Positions 42,701 through 54,700 of a stretch of 64,000 nucleotides of DNA are shown here, one piece after another. Position numbers and translations under genes: made by a program. The notes beneath the pieces were generated by a model that saw only the letters and a program-made list of their open reading frames with translations, did no database searches and was not told the DNA's origin. Source of the stretch: Glycera tridactyla. Its lineage: Eukaryota. The DNA lies in contig OZ286469.1 of NCBI GenBank assembly GCA_965644265.1, forward strand, positions 39,866,001-39,930,000. The letters run 5' to 3'. How positions within the stretch are numbered: position 1 is the first letter of the stretch; every line of letters begins with the position of its first letter.

Positions 42701-45700
42701 GAAGAAAACATCAATTATCCAGGCAAAGTGAGCTGAAGTTGCAGGAAATGTCAATATCTATTCAGTATCTTTATTGTGAATCATTGATGAATTTCCCGTT
42801 CTATTGGCGCACATAAGACATTTTGAGAAATTTGCGTTATCGATATCTGGCAACACAGTTGCATATTTCAATCAGGTTGACTAAAGACTTTTGTTTCTAA
42901 TGATTGTAGGCTTCTGGTCTGTTGGATTGGGCCCAGTCATCTATAAGAGCTCTAACTCGCCAGTGCTTGCATCAGCTATCCACCAGGAGAGACTTATGGA
43001 TTGCCGATGCAAACGGCGTCTTTGGACCACCCGCTGACATCACCACTGCCCTCTGTACCAATGACTGCAGCGGACATGGCACTTGTCTAGGTTTGTCTTA
43101 AATACGTTGATTTTCAGCATATGAGTTCTTGATAAGGAACCCTTCAAACGGCTTGACACCAAGAATATCTGAGAGATCAGACTGTTTTGGATGGTGTGAA
43201 TTTCGGACATATTACACAATTATACCAGCTGATTCAGTGATTCAGCCTGTAATTTTGCAAAAGTGTTCAGTCAAAAGTAACAACAAGAAAGGAAAGGAAG
43301 TAGCAGAGCAATGCAACGATAAGATTTTTTTATATCCAAGTGATATGTTATGGGACTGGCCATTTTTTCAGTCTTCGGCTTCATTGAATTAGGAGTTAGG
43401 AAATTGGGACCAGTACCCTTAGTAGAGAATGTGATACAGACACGATGCTTCACCGGATTACCTAGAAATCCCCATCTTCACGCCATATCTTTGTATGATG
43501 TGAAGCTTCCAATATATTAGCTTTCCTCGAAGCCTAAAAATATCAATGATTGTGAGATCGTCTTGCTTTTCCATATCTGTCACATGCATCACCATCTCCA
43601 TGGACCGCATAAAGTGGTTACCCTTTTCAATGCCGTTTTGTTGTTTTACAGGTGGGACTTGTGTCTGTGACAACGGTTGGTTCCTGGGTGACTGTAGTCT
43701 GGATACCAACACTGCTCCAACCATCCCTGATACAACAGAGAATGTTGTCTGTGACCCCGAATGCCACTCCGTCAAGATATACGGCAGCAACTTCGCAGAT
43801 ACCAACAATCTCCTCTGCCAGTTTACCACCATTACCGTGAGTCAGTTCTGTCTGTCGGTCTCTTTGTTTGATGTCTGTCTGCCTGCCTGTCTGCTTACAT
43901 GCATGCCTGCCTGCTTGCCTGTCTGACTGCCTATCAATCCATCCGTCCATTGGTTCGTCTGGTATTTCTCCATGTCTGTCTGTCTGTCTGTCTGTATGCA
44001 TGTATGTCTATTGAGCTACCTTTCTTTCCTCATCNNNNNNNNNNNNNNNNNNNNNNNNNNNNNNNNNNNNNNNNNNNNNNNNNNNNNNNNNNNNNNNNNN
44101 NNNNNNNNNNNNNNNNNNNNNNNNNNNNNNNNNNNNNNNNNNNNNNNNNNNNNNNNNNNNNNNNNNNNNNNNTTCACCCATCCTCCCACACATCCATCCA
44201 CCCTCCCATCCATTCATTCAATCCCTGATCATTTCCCACCCATCCTTCCATCCATCCATCCGCTTTCCTTCCATTATCATAGGAGGTCACGCGAGGAATT
44301 GTAAGCAGCCCTAATGACTGCCTGAGCAGTGAAGAGTAATGTGAGTGTTATGACGTGTTCACTTGTAGGTGACGACGACATCATGGAGTGTGAGTGATGA
44401 GGTGGTGACTGTAGCTGCCACCTACCAGAGTGTAGGAGTGGTCATCTGTGACCTGCCAGACAGCACACACAGCTACCAGATCAAGGTGGCCAACAATGGC
44501 GCAGACTTCTCAGACAGGGGCCTGGTCGTTCTCAACCTCAATACCACCTGTGTCTCGTGTGATTTTGAGAGTGGTGACTGCACATTGGCTGTAAGTATAA
44601 GTCTACTCACAACTACCCTCAGAGTTGTCAATCTTCACTGCCATTCATTCTGTTGACTCTTTCATGATCTTTTAGAGTCTGGCTTAGGATAAATAAAGAC
44701 CCATCAGTTTGCGGCACATTGAACATTCTTGTTTTCTGACAGAAGGCGACGAAGAGAAAATGAAGGAGATCACTGGTATCTAAAACACAACTTGCGCTTC
44801 TTGACTTCCTGTAATCAGTCACTAATGTTGTTGATATGACGATCGTGAATGTATTCTAAAACTTGTGGATGTGAAAATACAGATATTTCACAGCTGGGTC
44901 ATCATACCTTCAGCATCCGTATGCAGGTAATATATAGTTGTAACTACAATCGAACCTGCTTTTACCAACTGCAGTATCATGATCTCAACCTGACTCAAGC
45001 AGGCATTCTGAATTCCCCACAGAAGTAACAAAGCTTTATCGAACAACGACCTGTCCTCTGTAAACATTGGTTATAATTCCTTGATCTATATCCTTCTGAT
45101 GTATCTTGGCAATATGGACTGACAGACTGATTTGATTTTGTGTTCACAGGATGCATGTGCTACAACAGAGGACTGCAATGGTATGTATTCGAACTTTCTA
45201 AGTTCTTCGTATCTTATTTCTATATCTGAATCAGAAGACATGTAGTTCCCACTTTTCTCAGATCAATGCAGTTCTTGCTAAATCTTGACCCTGCCTTTAC
45301 AACTAGATATATACAAATCGGTCCATGTTTTTCCATGCATTGTGAACACACTTATTGTTGAGAAGTATGAGATGAACCTCTGATGAATAACAAAAGCTGA
45401 GATAAGTCAGTAAGATAACATATAACTTCCATTTTCAGATGTGGCACCAAGAGGACCGGGCAGCCTAACAGCGTCGATTGACGTGGCAGCCGACCTCTCT
45501 GACGTCACGTTTGTGTGTACGCTGGCGGATGTTGACGTCAGTGCGGTAGGACACATGGTGGCATGGTTCCTTGACGACACTGATACCGCAGCAGGAGATG
45601 AGACATTGACCGCCACAACCTCCGCAAGCATCAGTATTAAGGACCTCAACGTCGACATCTATGGCCATATGGTGAGTGTAGGCAACAACAATGATACGAA

Positions 45701-48700
45701 TCTATGCTATAGATTTTATATTTTTTCATCCTGATACCACGATGAATATACATTGCCTTCAGTGGTGAAGTGCATTCTGCCTTGCCAATTTTCCCATCAT
45801 TGGCCGGTGCCTATGACAACATCATCTTAAGGAGATCAGAACAATATACTGCTGGTTCTACTAACTCATATCCGAAATAGATCTCTCATCAAAACCCAAA
45901 GACGCCAATATGGGTACATTGCTGCATGTATACCAATCACATTTTTTATTCTCCTGTGATGAATGGACAATGAATTTCAATTTTCTAAATTGGTAAACAG
46001 TTAATGTGAGACAAAAGTCATTGTCAACAAATCAAAGACAAAAAAACACCTACTGGGTTACTCTTGGTTCTGATGGGATGAAATAGTCCATGTGAGATTC
46101 TCCGAATTAGGTTTGCTCATTGTCATCATATCTCTTATATCTCACCTTTACACATCGAGCATGTATATCACATGACCAAATGGTGACCGTGTTTTAACTA
46201 TGAAACCTTTTTTTACTGTGGAATGCAGACTTCTTGAATTATAGGGTTTTCCCTATCCAACCGCTGATGATATATGATTTCTTGTGTTCCAGCTGAGATG
46301 TTGTGCCATTGCCTTCACCGCGGATGCTTGCGATGATGTCTACAGTGAGCAAGTGTGCAGTGCTTCACTGGATATTGGGGCTACTGGTGATGTGAGTACA
46401 TTTAGATATCCCTTGATGATGATAACATCATCTACAGATATTATGAAGATCGAAATCATGGGGTTGAGGAAAACCAGGGTAGTTACACGAATATAGAAAT
46501 GACTGATTCTTTTGTGCAATGGTAAACCTTCCTTTGGTGTGCCATGCTCATTTCTTTTTTGGAATATGTTACCAAGATGGTTGTTGATCTTATATCAGTC
46601 AATAGAAAAGAATCCTGGATTCACGATGACACACTGCTGTAGGAAAGACATTTTCATACAAAATAAGTAAAAATATCATTCTGCCTACCATTCCCGTTTC
46701 ACCTGAGTAACCTTCATGATGAGTCACAGAGAAAGGTAGATTTCTTTAGATGTAATGCAAAATTAAACGAGACTTACCTAAAGTAAGGTGAGTTTTTGAG
46801 TAGCATTATTCTTGTAATACTGCAACGAGAGTTCATGGGAGAGGAGGTGGCGCTGCGTACATCATAATAACCTCACTATTAGAAGCCTGAACCTTAGCCC
46901 CCCACTAAAATCCCAGGGCGGGAAAATAGTGGAGGGCCCATGAACTCTCGTTGCAGTATTACAAGAATAATGCTACTCAAAAACTCACCTTACTTTAGGT
47001 AAGTCTCGTTTAATTTTGCATTATTCCGTAATACTGCAACTCGTTCATAGGAGAATTCAAAGCAACTAGGGATAAGGTTCAATCTCCATAAAATTTGTTG
47101 CAAAAGCAACCGTAATGTCCAGGCATCCAAGTGAGAAATTAATAAAAAACAAATATAATAATTCCAAAAAATTATAGCATATATTATTATATACAAAATA
47201 CAAAAAATTACAAGAAATTTGTCAGATTTTCATCACCAATTTATGGAACCCATCATCGATGTGTGAATGTAGTTGGGTTCAAGACAGCTTGTGCAAATTC
47301 CCCATGTTGTACAATGGGTCTATGATAATGCCTTGCAAACGTAGACCTCCCTGACCATCCAGCTGACTTCATTATAGATAATAGAGAGAGTGAGTTTGCT
47401 GCTTTGCTCGTTGAGGCTGCTCTTGTACTATGCACTTTGTACTTGTCCATATCAATACCAGCATGATTCATAATTGACTTGATCCATCTACGAATGGTAT
47501 CTTTGGACGCTTTCGTAAATGGTTTCTGTGTGATAATGAACAATTTGTCCTCATCTGGGCGTCTCAGACTCTTTGATTTCTCTATATAGCATTTCACACA
47601 TGACAGAACACAAATACGACTATCTTCATATTTTGGAAAATGGACAATAAGAGGAGGAGCTGAGGCTTTCTTATTCTTCAATCTATCCGTAACAATGAAA
47701 CAAGCACAATCATCAGACAATCTCAGCTGATTTATAGATAATGCATGGAGAGTTTGACATCTCTGTCCAGTGACTAGAGCCGCTAACATAGCTAATTTCA
47801 TTGTCAAAATCTTGAATGGTAGCGATTCATTTGGAGGCAGATTCTTTATATAATGTAATACAACATCAGGGTCCCACGTATCTCTGTATCTAGATTCTGA
47901 TGGTCTAATTTCAGCTGCTCCCAACATGAATCTTTTCAAAAGAGGGGAATCTAACTTCTCATGCCCTGCACAAGACCACAACGCTTGTACAGCCGATTTT
48001 GCTGTGTTAATTGTGCTGTATGATAATCCTGTATCAACCATACCCTGTAGAAAATCCATCAATAATTTCACCAGTGGATGAAGGGGATTTGCAGATCTTT
48101 CTTTTGAATATGCTGCCCATTTCCTAACATAAGTTGCATATTGTATGATAGTGGTTGGACTCCATGATTGCAAGATAGTTGAGCTAACTCTTTCAGAAAT
48201 ACCGAGTGTTCTGAGGGTTGACTTGAAAGATATACTGCCAACAGACGCAGCTGTGGGTAGAGTGGATGTACTGCTGTTGGTTTGAAAGGAAGGGTTAACA
48301 GCTGTCTGCGGTTCGGTAGAAGAATTGGATATTTGGTCAGCAGTCGCACCATTTGGGAAAACCATGGCTGCGTTGTCCAAAACGGGACCACCATTATGGT
48401 TGACACTCCTTCTTCTTCTATTTTCTGTATTACTCTGTTCAAAATGCAAAAAGGCGGAAACATATAGTATAGATTATTTGACCAGGATAATGTGAATGCA
48501 TCGGTTCCGCATGCTAGTGGATCTGGTTTCCAGGATACAAATTTCTGTATCTGGTAATTCAGTCTGGAAGCAAACAAATCTATAGTTGGATTAGCATTAA
48601 ACACTTCACAAATCCATAAGAAAATCTTGGTTTCCAGTTTCCATTCTGTGCGTTCATTCATACATCTGCTTTCCTTGTCTGCAACCACATTGAATACACC

Positions 48701-51700
48701 CGGAATGAACACAGCAGATAACCAAATTCTCAAATAATGAGCCCATGACCATATTTCTTTGGCCAAATCATTCAAAATCATAGATCTGCATCCACCCATG
48801 TCATTGATATGAGCTACTACAGTAGTATTATCAGAGTGGATTTGAATGTGTGTGTCATGGGTAGTAGAAAAGAAAGTCATCAATGCAAGCTTGACTGCAA
48901 GTAATTCCTTTGCATTGATATGCAACAGCTGTTCCTCAGATGACCAATGACCACCAGTAGATTGATTGTCATAATGCGCTCCCCAACCAGTATTAGATGC
49001 ATCTGTAAAAACATGAATTAATACAGGTGGTGGTATCACAGGTTTTGGGCATGTATGAGCTAATGTTGTCCACCAGACAACATCTTGCAATGCTTTGTGA
49101 GAAAGTCCCATTTTACTTTCCAAATCACCCTTAGAATATCTCAAGGCCTGATTTTTCTCCATCTCTACTTGATGCTTGTACATATATGCATGAGATACAG
49201 CTAACTTTGATGATTCACAAGTCCCCAAAAATGACATGACTTGTCTGATAGTTGGAATTTCAAAAAGTAAAGGGTGTGCTCTAATAAGAATGGTAAATTT
49301 CCTCTTTTCTGTAAGATAAACTTTCATCTTTCTAGTGTTGAGTCTCAACCCCAGATGTTCAAGGCACTGTGTAGGAACAAGTTGTGATTTCTTATAATTA
49401 ATATGAAACCCTAATTTGGTAAACAGACAAACTGTTTCAAAAATATTCTCATTACATTCTGATTCTGAAGGGGACATAATCAATATATCATCAAGATATG
49501 CACATGCCGATATTCCTTTTGATTGGAGAAATGAAATAATGGGCTTGAGGATCTTTGTGAAATTTCGTGGTGAAGATGATAGTCCTTGAGGCATTCCAAC
49601 AAATTTATAATGGACCCCTTTCCATATAAATTTCAGGAATTTCTGAAACTGGTCTTGGACTTTGACAGTAAAGTATGCATCCTTAAGGTCAATGCTCCCC
49701 ATGAAGTATCCAGATCTCATCATTCCTACACACGTCTCAAAAGTGGTCATCTTGAAATGTCTATATACAATTTGTTCTTTGATACATTTTAAATTTATAA
49801 TCATACGAAACTTTGTACCATCTTTCTTGGCTCTAAGAAAAACACGAGAATAAAAATCATAAGGTTCTGGTTCTGTAATTTCCAATACACCATCATGATA
49901 CAAATCAGACACTTGTTTGTCCATTATCTGTGACATATTGACATCCAAAACAGTGACTGGTTTTGAAGTCTGTTGCGGCCAGTTCCAAAATTCAATGTCA
50001 ATGCCGTAGAGTACATAGTTCAATATGACAGGATCAGAGGTTATTTTCGTCCATTCAATATAAAACAATGGCAAAGAGGCAGCACAAAAAGAATTCATGG
50101 TGGGAAATTTACTCAGGTCTAATTCTTTCCCTGTTGAGGTACATTCTGTACAGGCATCATCATGCCCGGTTGATATTGAGTAGACATTTGAGGCTGCTGG
50201 GAAAACTGTTGGTAATGCTGGTACCCCTGGTACTGATATTGCTGGCCTCTTTGACCCCTCCTGTTTCTGGCACCCCTGAAACGCCCCTTGGGTGCTGAGC
50301 CCCTGCCCCTCCTGTTGGGGTAGAAATCCTGTCCTAAAAAAGACTTTTGCTGCTGCTTCCCTCTAGAATGATATTGGAAGTTGGACTGTTGGTATGAGCC
50401 AGATTTGCTGATTCTTTTAGTGATAGCTTTAGAGGCAGCAATAGAGGTAACTTTATCATTCAATTTGTCCCCAAACAAATGTTTCTGTAGCATAGGATTA
50501 TAATCATCAGGTCTGGCACATAAACCTCTGAACTCAGGATTTAGGAAAGGTCTCAACAAATATTTCCTCTCAACCACTAATTCTTCATTGGCAGACACAG
50601 CTAATGCTAAACTATTCTTGACTGATGCCAATGCAATCTTGGCCATGGGACCTTTCATACGTTTAGCTTCTTTTTGTAGTTCCAATTGAATGATGATACC
50701 TTTGAGAATGAGCATTTGGATGCGTTGTAACCTCATATCAGAGCGTTGAGAAGGTCTAGGAACATTTCCCCAGATCTCTTCATTTGTGCGTTCTGAATCC
50801 AGCATATTTCCTAAATTACCAGGAGATTTCAGGGATTCCAGCAATTTATCAAGTTGAGATTTTACCAGGGGCTTCTGAAACATTCCTAATAAAGATTTGG
50901 TCAGTTTCTCATCAATATCCTCTCCACGAGCAGCTTCTAGTTGAAACAAGTTATTGAGTTCATCTGCTAGATCGTAATTGTCATCATCTTGAATATTCTG
51001 GCTAGCAGTTGCTTTCACTGAAGAAACATCAAACAAATCATCATTTGAGTCTGGATCCCCAACCAACATAGCATGGGATACTTCATTTTCATCCAGTTCA
51101 TCTACATCAGCATCTTGGTCAATCTCACCCTCTTCAGCAGAGCTTACCTCATGAATAGGCCTAGTGATGGTAGCTGTAGGAACAGTATTTCTTATAGGAG
51201 GCAAGTTTGAAGTGTTATCTACAGTATCTCTGCCCGAACGATTTGACATCACAGCGTTTGTCAGTTGTGTCAGCTGATCTTGTAGTGTTGACATTTGGTT
51301 CTGCATACCTGTGACCGCTTCCAACGCTTTTTCCCCCGAGGATTTCGAATGCGAAGTACGATGTTGAGATCTGCTCCTTCTAGCACCATCTTTATCACGA
51401 TCCCGATGCGATTTACTTGTAGAATGGTGATCATCGCTGCGATGTTTCGACCCGTGATACGACTTCGATCTTTTTCCGCCTCCATGTTGTTTGTCAACTG
51501 ATCTCGGCCTATGTTGACTTTCAGATCGCTTCCGTTTGCTCGTTTCTCTGCGATCTTCTCGATCATGTCTACCAGACATTCTATCATCACGATTAGTCAT
51601 GTCTTTGTCATTCATAGTTGACAAATGGCCTGTTCGCACAGGAGACAGCCTAGGCATGACGTTTTGAGAAGAGTGGTTATCGTCCATGTTGACAGTAACC

Positions 51701-54700
51701 AAGCACTCGAATGAGAGTGAACAAAATATGGCGGGAATCTAACCCGGAAGTTGATGTGAGGTCGTAACCTCATTAACATAATTTATGTATGGCGTCTATT
51801 TCTACCTTACCTTTGTTGACATTCCGTCACTATTTCCGACGTTTTCTCTCTTCGTTATCGTTTATATAACGATTAGAATGCATGGTTGTTCAAAAATCTA
51901 TCCATAGCATTCCTCCTAGGAAAAAATTTGGGACACCTAGGGTTCGTTGCGATTTTCTTTATCGTAACTCCAGCGACAAGATTCCGTCCGTACGCTTCCG
52001 CAGTCGGCAACCAAGTGAGGTTATTATGATGTACGCAGCGCCACCTCCTCTCCTATGAACGAGTTGCAGTATTACGGAATAATAGTGTTTTCAGTCAAAT
52101 ATCTTTGAATTATCAAATACACTATGGTTAGGCTTGAGTGTCAGCTTTTAGTCAACTACATAGTTCAACGTGCCTTCATCAGTTTAATCAGGTTTAATGT
52201 GAAGTTTGTTGAGGCGTCTCTGACAGGTTGGTTACTTCAACTTGTCAACCTCTCTTTTCGCTCACTATTTTGTGTACAGGGTTTATGAGTGATGCCTGCG
52301 GGACCGGGCACATCCAACTTTCATAGATCAGGAAACTCCGCATGTATTATGCTTTAGGTTGATACATGCCATTTAACTCCGATCACTCACTCAATCAATC
52401 AGCCAATCAATCTATCAATCAAAACCATGTGAACATCTTGTCGTCTCGCGGTAATGATTACTCATGGGTCTCATCTACATATTGTAGCTTGGCAGTATGG
52501 AAGTGAAAGAGGGTTATGTGGCGGACTTGAACATTCAACTACCATTCCCACCAAACTTCGTGTGTGGTGTGGACTCGGCCACGTCCAGCACCTCCGAGCT
52601 GAGCGTACAGGCGGAGCTACTGATGGCAAACAAAGAGTACCAGTGCCGCTCTACTGGCAACTACATCCCACAGCTTATGATGGCACCTATTGTAGACCCT
52701 GTCTCAGGTAAGTCTCTCACACATTCCTGATGATGTCTGATCCCCATTTGTATATTTTCGTTATACTCCGACGTGATGGTATCGTTTCAAACACCCCTTT
52801 CATCCCTAAATTGTAATAATCAAGTCATTTCTCATCTGATTTGAGTTTCAAAATAGGTGTATTGACGACATTGAAATCTAATCGTATTAGGAGGGTGCTG
52901 GTATTACCGGCATTAGGCATCTGTGATGTTCTCCTATATATAGGCCAGAGGCGTTTTAAGTTACTAGACCCCTAGTATACATTGACTAGATTTAGGGTGA
53001 GTATCCTATAATTTACGTGACCATATGTTATCTTGTTTTGTTTCACGGCATGGGATCAATACAGACTCAGTTCTCAGTTGGAAATGTCAAGTGGAAGTAG
53101 CTGACAGTTCAGACACACCTCTACCTAATCTGAACATACATAATAAACTTTTGATGGCAAATGTAAATATGTAGCTGGGTGGAAGCTAACACCCAAGCCT
53201 GATAGCAATGCTTTTTTCTGCAAAGCGCAGCACTTGACACCTGGAAAAGCATTAGGTTTGTTGAATACTCAACCAAAGTGTTCAATTACAAACTGCCAAC
53301 TTCAAACCAGCTTTACAATAATGTCTTGCCCTATACTCGCAGTACGATGCCATCACACATCCTAGTAACATTTCAGGTTCCCCACCAGGGTTTGTGAGAG
53401 TGATGTCTGCAGGGGAGAGAACATATAGCTGTCATCGACCAGGAACACACGGCATACATAACCCACGGGTCGATAAATGCCGTTAAACCTCAAACAAACA
53501 AACAAACAAACAAAAATCAGTGGGAAATGACTTCCATCAACTGTGGATCCACTCTCTTATTTTCCAGCGAGTATGGGAAGTTCCCCATGAGGGGTGCTCT
53601 ATTTTTCAGCCAGCCAACAGCTTATTTCTCGTGAAGAGGAATTGGAAAATGCCCCTCGAAAAAAAACCCAAAACATTTCTATAATTCTTCGTCTCAGTCC
53701 AATTGTTGTCTATGCTATACGTTTTAGAACCGACCATAAAATCACTCTCGAATAATCCCGGTTCTGGGACATTCAGCCTTACTCAACCAATCAATGAATT
53801 CTACTCTTGCAGGTGAACAGATATGCGGTGCCCAATTGGATAACTCGCAGTGGTCGCCGGACTCCAACTATACCCTGTCTGTCCGAGGTCTGGATGAGGG
53901 CATCAATGATAGAACCACCACCCGCTACGTCCAGCTGACTGCCATCAGGACTGATGCAGGTGCAGAGATCTGCAGAACTGTGCTCGGACAGAAAGAGGTC
54001 AGTCTCACCATCTTGAGATTCCATATTCCATAAGGAAAATATGATCACTCACTGAAGGTTTGAGAAGAGGACACACTCATCTCACACATTCTTACCTACT
54101 TGAGCGAAATGACCATCCTCAGTGCATTGCTTGTCAAGCAAGTTAGCATGAGGAATATGTTTGTGAAGGAAATTGGATTGATTTGAAAATTCTGAATCGT
54201 AGACATGCTTACCCAGTGCATACCGACTTGAAAACCAAGGCTGGCCGTGTGTCTGTGCTACATGTACGTAAAAGAACCACCTTGTTATTCGGTAAGAGAT
54301 AGGGAAGTTCCCCGACAATGGTGCTCCTTTCTTCAGCTAGTTTATTTTTATGAAGAAAAATTGAAAAATACCGAGAGGACGTTGAGTACTCAGTCAAAAT
54401 CGTGTGCCTTTTCAACATATAATGCATTCTCCAGTGAAGGGTGATGTTCAATCCCATTTTTATAGGGTAACATGGCAAGCGCCAGAAAGGTTCGATATAA
54501 CTCCTGCAGCTCAACTCATCAATAATGTTGTATTCTAACCAATTGTCAATGAATGTCCAATAGGACCAAGGGATCAGCTTCATTGCCTTGGTTCTCTTGT
54601 TGTAGGTATCTATCATTCAGTCTCTGTCGGCACCTCGTTGTACATCGATCGGAGATCCACACGTTGACACTTACTACGGCTGGTGAGTACCTAGTGAAAG

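Larger units (their letters stand above)
46753..52083 (-). mobile_element. Full-length DIRS1-like tyrosine-recombinase retrotransposon (5,331 bp), intronic, antisense to the host gene
   Basis: Three intact ORFs (gag, RT-RNaseH-MT, YR). Unequal inverted terminal repeats at 52015-52083 and 46805-46876, plus a right-end extension to 46753. The internal complementary region 46937-47054 matches both ends exactly. TAAT lies at both termini and at the ICR junction. Confidence 0.96.

Noticed and set aside
4170-44590. CRISPR-like or prokaryotic repeat array from the ~10-kb periodicity
   Set aside because: The periodic units are spliceosomal exon sets; there is no short repeat-spacer structure and no cas genes.
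4148-44656. Treating each module or each ORF-track entry as a separate gene
   Set aside because: The ORFs are exons with intronic read-through. Splice phases join the modules in one frame, and I found no signal peptide, start exon or stop between them.
46753-47054. 87-bp perfect hairpin as a structural ncRNA, terminator or solo MITE
   Set aside because: It is fully explained as the DIRS right end paired with its ICR.
48068-48700. Dam-like methyltransferase as horizontal transfer from phage or bacteria
   Set aside because: This domain is a standard C-terminal part of DIRS1 ORF2 and is in frame with RT/RNase H.
51270-51590. Alternative-frame 106-aa ORF inside gag
   Set aside because: It has a non-ATG start and no motif; it is an expected by-product of a low-complexity coding region.
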